Shown in pieces: positions 27,189 through 36,290 of a DNA stretch of 64,000 bases; position 1 is the stretch's first letter; each line of letters starts with the position of its first letter. Both the position numbers and the translations under genes were made by a program. Below the pieces are notes generated by a model. That model saw nothing but the letters and a program-made list of their open reading frames with translations, did no database searches and had not been told where the DNA came from. The stretch lies in the NCBI GenBank assembly GCA_963662465.1, contig OY759599.1:128001-192000 (forward strand). Direction: 5' to 3'. The DNA is from Desulfatiglandales bacterium. Its GTDB lineage: Bacteria > Desulfobacterota > DSM-4660 > Desulfatiglandales > Desulfatiglandaceae.

Positions 27189-28267
27189 GAAAAACCTTGG
27201 CTGTCGGTGTTTACCCCGAAGTGACATTGGCCGAAGCCAGACAGCAGCGTGATGATGCGAGGAAGCTGTTGCAGAAAGGTGTGGACCCGTCCCAGCATAA
27301 AAAAGAAACAAAATTAATTCAGCGGGAATTAGCGGTCAATAATTTTGAGGCCGTAGCGCGGGAATGGTTCGATAAAAATACTCACGTTTGGACGAAAAAG
27401 CATGCGACAACCGTTATCCGGCGTTTGGAGTTAAATGTTTTCCCCATCATCGGCAACCGTCCAATTAAGCTGGTTACTGCTCCTGAACTCCTGGAAGTCC
27501 TTCAGAAGATAGAAAGCCGTGGAGCCATTGAGACAGCCCACAGGGTCAAGCAAATATGTGGTCAGGTGTTCCGGTATGCAATTGCAACCGGACGGGGGGA
27601 GCGTGATCCGAGCGCAGACCTCAAAGGGGCTTTGACCCCTGTGAAGCCAAAAAGTATGGCAGCGATTACCGATCCTAAAAAGATTGGGAGTCTGCTCAGG
27701 GCTATTGACGGTTATGACGGGCAAATTATGACAATGTGCGCCCTGCGACTTGCACCTCTGACGTTTGTGCGCCCTGGTGAACTCCGGCATGCTGAATGGT
27801 TGGAAATTGACCTGGATAATGCCGAATGGAAGATACCAGCTCACAAGATGAAAATGAAGCTCCCCCATATCGTACCACTATCCAGGCAAGCCGTTGATAT
27901 CCTGGTTGAGCTCAAACCTATTACGGGTGATGGACGGTATGTCTTTCCTTCCCTGCGAAGTACCGTCAGGCCTATGAGCAATAATACCGTCAATGCGGCT
28001 TTGAGGCGTATGGGGTATGCGAAGGACGAAATGACCGGCCATGGTTTCAGGGCCATGGCGTCAACGATCCTTCATGAACAGGGGTGGCCATCCGATGTGA
28101 TCGAGCGTCAACTTGCCCATACTGAGGGGAACAGCGTGAAGGCCGCTTACAACCATGCTCAGCACCTTCCTGAACGGCGGAAGATGATGCAGTCATGGGC
28201 TGATTGCCTGCATGCGTTAAAGGGCGGTGCTCAGGTGACCTCCTTCCGGCGGGTGAATGGAAGTTAA
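27189..28267 (+). pseudogene. P4-type tyrosine integrase, 5'-truncated in the arm-binding domain
   Basis: Begins abruptly at KTLAVGVYPEVTLAEAR right after the IS IR; catalytic VRPGELR, HGFRAMAST, LAH, AAYN intact. Confidence 0.9.
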
Positions 28268-28526
28268 GTGGGATATCTTATGTGGGGGTAAACGGTAAAA
28301 AATAACATTTCCGATCCTATGCGCAAAAAGCGCAATATTTGCGTAAGGTTTTAATGGTGCCCATGGATATGGTTGCTCCCGAAAAGCGGGGCGCCCTATC
28401 TAATTTCAACATCGCCGTGACGTACAGTTAAATTTTCAGTTTCCGGGGATAGGTTCTGCAGACCGATAAGGCGTGATTACCTGTCTCGCTTTCCCCGGAT
28501 TAACAACAAGGCCGTGAGGGGCGGCT

Positions 28527-29372
28527 ATGACTATGCTACTCTTGGATTTTTGCAATATCAAAGAATGGACATCCGAAGCAGCCTTAAAACTCTACAAAAC
28601 ACACCGAATCATTCATTCCGAATGGGGAGAACGTGACGGGTTTGAGAAGTTTTGTGCATCTAAATACCAGCCTAAAAACCCTTTAGCTTTTGCACTGGTA
28701 GAAGTGAACGAGATCGAACCCTGGCTATCTGAAGACAGTGAAAATTCTTCCCCATCTGAATGGATGGGCATGCCTATCCTGTTTCCTTCTAATCCGGGGT
28801 ATTCTCAAATATGGCGGAGTTTGCAATTCAGTAAAGAACAATTTTATATCCCATTTCTGAACAAATGTTCGGAGGGCATTCTTGATTTGAATTTTGTGAA
28901 TGACCTACTGGAGGATTTCCAGGCTACACAAGACATTCGATTCTTGGTAACGGAAACCAAAGAAACTTTTTTTAGACCTCAATTCTCAATGAACAATAAA
29001 TATTTAAAAACGATTGAAGACCACATTGATTGGGAAATCTTATCCATTGTATTGAATCGACCAGAATTTTCAAAAAAACTGACACAATTGTTAAGAAGGT
29101 GCGTGAAGTGCAACAAGTATTTTCTTGCATCCAGAAACAACAAGGATTTTAAGAACTGTCCTACATGTTCCCGCAAAACATCCATGTCACCTGAAGCCCA
29201 GCGCGAATATCAAAGAAACAGGCGAAAAAAGTTGAAAGCGCAAAAAGAAGCAGCGAAGGTGGATGTCGAAACAAGAAAACGTGAGAAGAAAATTGATTTT
29301 TTCATGAAACAACTCGTAATACCCAGGGATGAGGCTATTAATCTAATTGAAGAAGAGGCTCAAATTGAATAG
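28527..29372 (+). CDS. hypothetical protein with zinc finger
   Basis: RRCVKCNKYF...CPTC followed by a basic helix. Confidence 0.7.
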   Translation: MTMLLLDFCNIKEWTSEAALKLYKTHRIIHSEWGERDGFEKFCASKYQPKNPLAFALVEVNEIEPWLSEDSENSSPSEWMGMPILFPSNPGYSQIWRSLQFSKEQFYIPFLNKCSEGILDLNFVNDLLEDFQATQDIRFLVTETKETFFRPQFSMNNKYLKTIEDHIDWEILSIVLNRPEFSKKLTQLLRRCVKCNKYFLASRNNKDFKNCPTCSRKTSMSPEAQREYQRNRRKKLKAQKEAAKVDVETRKREKKIDFFMKQLVIPRDEAINLIEEEAQIE

Positions 29373-29589
29373 CGTAACTGAGGAAGAGATAAAAAGACAC
29401 AGGTTTGCTAGGGTTACGCTTAGACGAATAACTGAATAAGGAGTATTTATATGTAAATACCTAAGTTACTTGTCATTTTTGACATAGCATTTTTTTGTAG
29501 GCATAAGAAGTCCGACATCTTAAATGATGTTTTGGGCTTTTTTTTTGGCCGATAGCTTCAAACAAAAGAATTTGAGAGGGGGTGAAGAA

Positions 29590-29796
29590 ATGAAAAACAA
29601 ACCGAACCTAGAACTAAAAACTATCCTTTTTAAAAGAGGCATTACACAGCGTCAATTGTCTTTTGGAACTGGCATTGACGAAGGTCTGATTTCAAAGACA
29701 ATTCGCTATGGCATGACCACTGCGCAGATCAGGGAACGGATCGCTGATTTTCTGAATGTGAATCAATCAGAGCTTTTTAACTATCGGAATTACTAA
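29590..29796 (+). CDS. Cro/XRE-like HTH protein
   Basis: GITQRQLSFGTGIDEGLISKTI...IADFLNV-x-x-x-ELF; GAGGGGG RBS. Confidence 0.8.
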   Translation: MKNKPNLELKTILFKRGITQRQLSFGTGIDEGLISKTIRYGMTTAQIRERIADFLNVNQSELFNYRNY

Positions 29797-29820
29797 TTCA
29801 ACTAAAGGGGGTGTTCTCAA

Positions 29821-30057
29821 GTGAATATTATGCGGAGCAGTTCCATCCTTCGGAGAAAACAGGTGGAAACCCGGACGGGCTTATCTCGTTCGACTATCTA
29901 CCTGCGGATCAAAAAAGGCACTTTTCCCAAACCGATTAAGCTCTCAGAACGTGCGGTCGGCTGGCTTGAATCAGAGATTGCTGACTGGTTGGACGAAAAA
30001 ATCCAGATCCGCGATGCCGGAGCTGAAATTCAGGGAGGTGAACTCCATGCCAGATGA
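29821..30057 (+). CDS. alpA: AlpA-family regulator/excisionase
   Basis: ILRRKQVETRTGLSRSTIY...GTFPKPIKLSERAVGWLESEI. Confidence 0.93.
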   Translation: MNIMRSSSILRRKQVETRTGLSRSTIYLRIKKGTFPKPIKLSERAVGWLESEIADWLDEKIQIRDAGAEIQGGELHAR

Positions 30058-30370
30058 AACGGCGGCAATCCTGGAATTCATACGTTCGGTGGGTATCTAT
30101 TCGTTTGTTCTTGGAAAAGTCAAGGATGAAGCGGAAGCGGTGCGGATGTTCAAGGATGAATTTCAAGATTTGGTCAAGCTCTGTTCAGGTTCGGAGTGTG
30201 GGAAAAAAAATGGAAGCAATCAAATCAAATCTCAGAAGCCGTTTCATCAATCTTTTGGTGACCAAAGCTCTCTCATGGGTAGAAGAAATTTTAATTTGGC
30301 TTCCCTATTTCACGCGGATAAGCATGTGGATCGACGGGATTCATGTTTTCAGAGAGGGGTGCGGATCTAA
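30047..30370 (+). CDS. hypothetical protein
   Basis: GGAGGTG RBS, ATG at 30047 overlapping the alpA end. Confidence 0.45.
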   Translation: MPDETAAILEFIRSVGIYSFVLGKVKDEAEAVRMFKDEFQDLVKLCSGSECGKKNGSNQIKSQKPFHQSFGDQSSLMGRRNFNLASLFHADKHVDRRDSCFQRGVRI

Positions 30371-30393
30371 GGCCCATCGAAGAGGAAATCGCA

Positions 30394-32451
30394 GTGGATA
30401 TTGAAGAATTCAAAGCAACGCTACAGTCAATCGAAAGTTCTGTCCCAAACCTGAAGCGCAAAACGGCAACCGAACTTGCCGGGCCATGCTTGAAATGTGG
30501 CGGAAAGGATAGGTTTGTCATCAATGATGGAAAATTCCTATGCCGCAATTGTCATCCAAAATTCGGGGATGTGATTGAATTTCACGCTTGGATGGAGGGA
30601 CTTTCATCAAGTGAATTCATGAAACAGCGTATGTCAAGATCCGCCAGCAGCCGGAAACAGAAACCCATGACCAACAAACAGGGCGCTGAGAAACTTCAAG
30701 GGATTTGGGACCGGATAAAGCCGGGGATTGAAGACCTTTCAAATGTCTACGCCTATCTTTGCGACAATCGGAAAATCAGCAGAAACACTGTTGAGAAGGC
30801 AGTCAAGGAAGGCAAAATCAAGTCTTGGCGCTATCCTTTGAACGTTTCCATTCTGAATAATTATTACAACGATGGAACCGACCCGCACGCTGTAGCGTTC
30901 CGGTATGACCGATTGGATAACGGTAAGCTGGTCGCGGTTCAAGCAGTATCCACGACCGGGAAACCCCTGTTTGTTTCCGATGGAGTGGGAAAAGGGAAGA
31001 AATTCGAGCGGGGATCGAAGGCTTCTGAGGGTTTCTTTTGCGTGGGTGCTCCATTAAACAAGGGGGACATGGTTTGTATTGTGGAGGCCCCGATAAACGC
31101 TTTGACCGGGGTTACCGTAAAACCGGATGCGGCATGGATCGCTATAGGCGGCAGCACTATGACCGCAAAATTCAAAGATCAGCTCAGGCCGATTTTGGTC
31201 GGGAAGCTGGTAAAAATTATTTGCTGTTTCGATAACGATGAACCCGGGCAAAAGGCTGTTCAGCGATGCGCGAAAGCTATGGGGCGCGAGATCTTCACGA
31301 TTGCTTACCCAGCGGGTGCAAAGGATGGGTTTGACATCAATGATTTCCTGAAGGCTGGGGACCGGCAGGCGATATTGGACATGATTGACAATGCGGTCCC
31401 TGTGGAGGCTGAAAAGGAGCCGGCAGATGAAAAGACCCAAAGCCAAATTCTGCTGGAAATAGCGTTGACAAATTCTCTGTTTCATTCACCGGAAGGCGAT
31501 CATTTCGCACGCGTGAAAGTTGGCGACCATTCTGAAACATGGGCAATCGCTTCGGAAGGCTACCAACGCATTTTGCGATATGGATTTTTCAAACAGCAGG
31601 AAAAGACGCCTGGCGCCCAGGCGGTTTCGGATGCAATCAAGGTGCTGGAAGGTATTTGTGAATTTGAAAACGAATTCACCCAGGCTATTCCTGAAATATT
31701 GGGGGGTATATTTGACGCTGTTTCATGTGCACTCAGGAATCGCCACAAGATCAAACCTGAAAGGCTTCCCCGCATGGCTGACTTTGCCATGTGGGTTATG
31801 GCTGCAGAAGCAGAAAGCGCTTTACCCTGGAACCCGGGCGGATTCATGGAAGCCTACAACCGGAATCGAGCTTCGATCATAGAGACTGCACTTGAATCTG
31901 ATTTGGTAAGTAGTGCTGTCAAAAGGTTTCTCGAAGATTCAATTGCAGATGAATGGAAAGGTACAGCATCAAAGCTCCTTGCCGCTTTAGAAATGATTGT
32001 GGATGAGCGAACACTCAAGGACAAATCTTGGCCGAAAAGCCCGAATAGTTTAAGCGGGCGTCTGAATAGAGCTTCGGTCTTTTTGGAACATGTGGGTATC
32101 AAAATCACGGGGGGGAAAGCAGATAGCAAGCGGTTCATTTCCATCCAGAGAATCAGGGACGATATCAGGGACGATATTGACGATACATCACAAGTATCGT
32201 CCACAGGATCGTCCCTGAATAACGTTTGTGGTTCCAATGGGTTGGACAATAGGGACGGTTTGGACGATAAAATACCCCTTCCTTCTGTTGAACAAGAGAA
32301 AAAAAGAGAAGAAGGAGAGAGACAAATAGGGGAAAAAGAGAAAAAAGGGGCGAAGGTAAAGGGTAGGGAAAATATCGTCCAAACCGTCCAAACCGTCCAC
32401 GGGCATTTCGATGAGGTTGATGTCCTCGAATATGAGGAGGTAATTATCTGA
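30394..32451 (+). CDS. zinc-finger/TOPRIM primase fused to a C-terminal region with no visible P-loop
   Basis: GPCLKCGGKDRF...CRNC; TOPRIM IVEAPINA, CFDNDEPG, DIND; C-terminal PRMADFAMW, WKGTASKLL, WPKSP; no Walker A seen. Confidence 0.8.
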   Translation: MDIEEFKATLQSIESSVPNLKRKTATELAGPCLKCGGKDRFVINDGKFLCRNCHPKFGDVIEFHAWMEGLSSSEFMKQRMSRSASSRKQKPMTNKQGAEKLQGIWDRIKPGIEDLSNVYAYLCDNRKISRNTVEKAVKEGKIKSWRYPLNVSILNNYYNDGTDPHAVAFRYDRLDNGKLVAVQAVSTTGKPLFVSDGVGKGKKFERGSKASEGFFCVGAPLNKGDMVCIVEAPINALTGVTVKPDAAWIAIGGSTMTAKFKDQLRPILVGKLVKIICCFDNDEPGQKAVQRCAKAMGREIFTIAYPAGAKDGFDINDFLKAGDRQAILDMIDNAVPVEAEKEPADEKTQSQILLEIALTNSLFHSPEGDHFARVKVGDHSETWAIASEGYQRILRYGFFKQQEKTPGAQAVSDAIKVLEGICEFENEFTQAIPEILGGIFDAVSCALRNRHKIKPERLPRMADFAMWVMAAEAESALPWNPGGFMEAYNRNRASIIETALESDLVSSAVKRFLEDSIADEWKGTASKLLAALEMIVDERTLKDKSWPKSPNSLSGRLNRASVFLEHVGIKITGGKADSKRFISIQRIRDDIRDDIDDTSQVSSTGSSLNNVCGSNGLDNRDGLDDKIPLPSVEQEKKREEGERQIGEKEKKGAKVKGRENIVQTVQTVHGHFDEVDVLEYEEVII

Positions 32452-32810
32452 TGTTGGCAATCAAAATATTGGAAGATTGCAAGGCTCAAGGCATTACCCT
32501 TCAGGTGCTTGAAGAAGGTCAGTTAAAGATCAGGGCACCAAAAGGGAAAGCCGACGAAATCCTTTTGAGGTCTATCAAAGACCAGAAAAAGAACCTTATC
32601 AGGATTTTGAAGGGCAGGGCTTTTTTTGAGCATCATTTGGACACGGCACTTGCTGAACTCAACCATCTTGGTATCTCCCCCATGGATTATCCAGCGAGTA
32701 CAAGACAGAGGGCTTATTCGTTGGAAGGTAAAATTGATGCAGCTGCGAATATGGGTGAAAGGAATCTGTTCTTGGTTTTACTGAAACAATGGCGGGAGTG
32801 CTTCAACTGA
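32451..32810 (+). CDS. hypothetical satellite protein
   Basis: Coupled to the primase stop; GITLQVLEEGQLKIRAPKG motif. Confidence 0.65.
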   Translation: MLAIKILEDCKAQGITLQVLEEGQLKIRAPKGKADEILLRSIKDQKKNLIRILKGRAFFEHHLDTALAELNHLGISPMDYPASTRQRAYSLEGKIDAAANMGERNLFLVLLKQWRECFN

Positions 32811-33101
32811 TGAGAAAAACCCTCAAAATAATGGAGGGAATGACACCGGTGGAAGTTAGCATGGACTCCTGCATACTGGCCGCCACGGTTGACGTTGCCT
32901 TTGGCAGGATCAGGCTGAGGTGGGCGGGGTTAAATATTCCCTGAGCGAGTTGACGGACCTTCTTAGCCGGGGGGGGGCCGGCGCCGGATCTTCAGTCAGT
33001 CCATCGAGTGAAAAGTGAATTCGAGGGGCAAGTTGTCCTTGCAAAAGAAGCAATAGATTTTGAACCCATATCAAGGTGGTGAAACGTCCAAAAGGAAGAA
33101 A

Positions 33102-33470
33102 TCATGAAACCACTGATAACGCACACCAGGATGAACCGCATGAAAAAGAAGATGGTGTAACCGCAAAAACTGTCCCCAAACGGAAAAGGCCAGGTAGATA
33201 ATTGAGGGGGAAAGAAGTGATTATAGGCATATCAATGAAGTTGGGAGTGATTAATGAAAAATTCAAATCATTCAGCCCTATTGCCAAGAAACCCGCTCCA
33301 GCAAAAGCCTGTTCCTCCGATGAGCTACCTAAAGACCATTCTCCGAACAGGCTTTTACTTCCGCTCATTTGGGTGGTAAGATTGGCATTGAAATATGCCA
33401 CAGGATTCTGAATATTCCCATTGGTGGGTGCCCTAATGACGTTCGGATTTTCCTTTAAACTTGTTTTCAT
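33102..33470 (-). CDS. hypothetical protein or remnant
   Basis: GAGAGG RBS just downstream of the TerS-like gene; no motif recognised. Confidence 0.3.
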   Translation of the reverse strand: MKTSLKENPNVIRAPTNGNIQNPVAYFNANLTTQMSGSKSLFGEWSLGSSSEEQAFAGAGFLAIGLNDLNFSLITPNFIDMPIITSFPLNYLPGLFRLGTVFAVTPSSFSCGSSWCALSVVS

Positions 33471-33486
33471 CCTCTCTATTCGCTTT

Positions 33487-34176
33487 TTAACTGGGGGAAA
33501 TCTGTTGAGCCCTTGCGCTATTTTCCCACTCTTCCGGGTCCGGAGCAGTTCCCGGCGATAACATGACTCCGAAGTTTCCGCTGTGTTCTATTTGCTGTCT
33601 TTCGACATACCCACGGTCTTTGAGCTGGGTCTTGCAAGCGAAAATGATGCTTTGCGTGTCACCGTTTGCGATGTTTTCCATCAGCTTATTTTCGATAAAA
33701 TCCTTTTTGGCTTCTTTTGCGTCTTTATATGCCTGCGCGAATTCCTTATCCTTCTTTTCCCAGTCCCTAAACCGGCTCCTGCTTATGCCGCAGGCCCTGC
33801 AAACCTCGCTGATATTGAATGATAGTTTATCGTATGCGTGCAGCCAGGCAGCTTGGAGCTTCCTTTTCTTTTCTTTATTTTTCTGCACCCTGCGGGCGAT
33901 GATATCGTTCTTTCGTTGTTTTTTTTCTTCTTCAGTTCCGGTTTGTCCGAACTTTTGTCCGGTGCTGCAGGGCCAGGTTTTGTGATTATGCCGCCTTACC
34001 GTTTCACACGTTTCTAGGAAGTCTATGTCCTCTTTTTTCCATCGTGCAACTTTCCTTAATGAAATTCCCAGATCTTGGCATGTGTCGGCTATGGTGATAC
34101 CGCCTGCACAGTATAGTTCAAGCCATTCCTGTTTCTGCTTGTCGTTTAGGATTTTTTGGTTATTTGTCATAGGCAT
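33487..34176 (-). CDS. terminase small subunit-like protein with two HTH modules
   Basis: IADTCQDLGISLRKVARWKKEDIDF and ISEVCRACGISRSRFRDWEKKDKEF; GDTQSIIFACKTQLKDRGYVERQQIEHSG. Confidence 0.75.
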   Translation of the reverse strand: MPMTNNQKILNDKQKQEWLELYCAGGITIADTCQDLGISLRKVARWKKEDIDFLETCETVRRHNHKTWPCSTGQKFGQTGTEEEKKQRKNDIIARRVQKNKEKKRKLQAAWLHAYDKLSFNISEVCRACGISRSRFRDWEKKDKEFAQAYKDAKEAKKDFIENKLMENIANGDTQSIIFACKTQLKDRGYVERQQIEHSGNFGVMLSPGTAPDPEEWENSARAQQISPS

Positions 34177-35151
34177 TGGCTTTCTCCTGTTTGTTTGGTC
34201 AGTTATGCCCTTTTTTTAACCATAAATTAAATTTATGCAATTTTGCAAGCATAAATTTTTCTTATGGGTCTGTTGCATCATTATAAATTATTTGCAAAAG
34301 CTGTTTTATGTTTATCCTGCGCCAGGAAATGCGTTGATCAATAGTGGAGCTGTGCCGCTTTGCCTCTTTTTTTGGGGGGATACTTTTCGTCGGTGTCTCG
34401 GACCCTACCTCTCCAGCGGCCTCCTGGGGTAACTCAGGCCGCGCGTTCGCTCTCCAGTTTGCAGTTTCGTTTTATATTGGCCGGCGCACGGCTCAACGTC
34501 CGCAGGGACTCAAAACTCAACCAGCCGAGCGCCTACATTGCGCTTGCTTGAAGCTGTGGGGCTATGGGTGTTCCATGGGGCCTACGGGTGGGCGTGTACG
34601 AGCGTGAATACCACTATCCTTCCATTTCAGAACCTATCCGCGCGCTTCGTACACGCTCACCCTTGTGTCGGAAAGGCATCTTAAGCGCGTTATTCGCAAA
34701 AAAGCCGCGAAAAACGCCATTAAAATGCTAAACCAATTTAATTAAGGGCCAAAACAGTGGAAGGCCCTCCACGGAGATCAACCTGGCATGCTCACTGCAA
34801 AAAAAGGGCAACGACCACGCCAGGTTGAACTCCATGAAGGGCGATCAATCTAAATAAAACCCCTGGACGCCAGCTTTTTCCGCAAAATTTGCACTGAGAA
34901 TGGGAACAGTGGCACTGAAGGGATGGCGAACATGCGCGATAGAGCGGCAAGGGCGAATAGGCCCGGGGAAACGAGGGCAGCAAGGGCGGACAGGGGCGGT
35001 GACCAGCACCCCGTCGAGACGATGTTCAGGCGGATCAGTGGATAAACGAGTGATCAGCGGGCAAATACCGGGTGGCGCCGGGGCGGTGGTGGGCGAACCC
35101 GAGAGAACGGGCGGACAAGGGCAGTGACCAACACCTCGTCAGGATGGTACT

Positions 35152-35328
35152 CAGGGGCAACCTGTGAGAATTTGGAGCAACCTATGAGAAACCAAGGGGC
35201 AACCTATGGGGATCGAGAGGGCAACCTCTTATTTTACTCATGGGCAACCTTTCATAATCCGTATTTTTACTCTGGGGCAACCTGTCATTTTATCCAGGGG
35301 CAACCTGTGAAAAACCCAAGAGCAACCC
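35152..35328 (+). repeat. iteron-like array, 8 x GG(G/A)GCAACC(T)-type repeat
   Basis: GCAACC at 35157, 35177, 35199, 35221, 35244, 35277, 35300, 35322. Confidence 0.88.
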
Positions 35329-36290
35329 ATTCCTTCCCGTCCCAAAACACCGAGGGGCCATAGACCTGGTGAGCAGAGCGCAAGGTTGGCCGCCTGTCCC
35401 AGGAATTGCAGAAGCTATCAGCTCGGGGCGAAGTGGCAATTCCTGGGTCAGCCATAATCTAATGCCCTTCGGGTTTCCCCGCCGGAGGCGTATAAGGAGG
35501 GGCCAAAGACGCGGCGCCGTTCCGGCTTGCAGGCCCATCTTTTTTTTAAGTGGGGAAAAAGGGGCAACCCGCCAGTCTCCAGCAACTCAATCTAAGCCCT
35601 TACGGGAAATTCCGTCCGGAGGCCGGTAACCCGCCGGAAGCGTATCAGGCCGCCCGAAGGCGGTCACAATTTGATTACATACCTTTGCAGCGATCTCTTT
35701 CCTTTTATGCACCAGCGCACGGCGGAACATCCTATATTTATTTCAACCTCAACCAGCCGAGCGCTTCCTCTTACAGGGTCTTAATCGGTGGGGCTATGGT
35801 CATTCCATGGAAACGCGGGTGGGCGCAAGGAGCCGCGCTCACCCTTGAGCCAATTTCGAAGTTCAGTATTTCATGGGCAGTCCTCATCCTTAACAACCAG
35901 TCGTCTACCCTGCTTCTGTTACGGCCTCCGGCGGCCCGGTTCCGCGTTGTGCGCGGGTATGAGGAACTTTTCACCATTTTTCCCTATTGGCATGGTTTTT
36001 TGCAGTAAATGCCCGGCTGAAAAGAATGCCCGCATCGCAAAAACCATCGCCAATAGAAAAAAAGGAGAAAAGCTATTCAATAACACCCCTTTGCAGCAAC
36101 CTCTTTTTTCTCTTTATTATCCCTCACCCACATTCCAAGTGACCATCGAACCCTGGTTATCCGGATGTGTCTGCGGACAACAAACATACCAGGACCTTGC
36201 AATTATCCGTATTCTTTTGTCCCTCTGGTACTGGTTATGCGAGGACGTTTCAACTCAACTTTGAAGTTCGATACCAACACGACCGATCAT

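Larger units (their letters stand above)
27189..36281. mobile_element. decaying P4/PICI-like phage satellite (boundaries approximate)
   Basis: Order integrase - Zn protein - HTH - AlpA - primase - small ORF - TerS-like - iteron array; no capsid or tail genes. Confidence 0.7.

Noticed and set aside
27189..28267. This integrase as the integron integrase
   Set aside because: It has P4-type arm-binding and catalytic signatures, lacks the IntI-specific insertion and lies 16 kb away.
35152..35328. Possible CRISPR array (also 20310-20447 and 22455-22670)
   Set aside because: Repeats are only 9-11 bp with short spacing; no 23-47-bp repeats with unique spacers, and no cas1/cas2.
34235..36264. Short ORFs in the repeat region
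   Set aside because: No RBS or motifs; translations just reflect the repeats, so the region is treated as non-coding.
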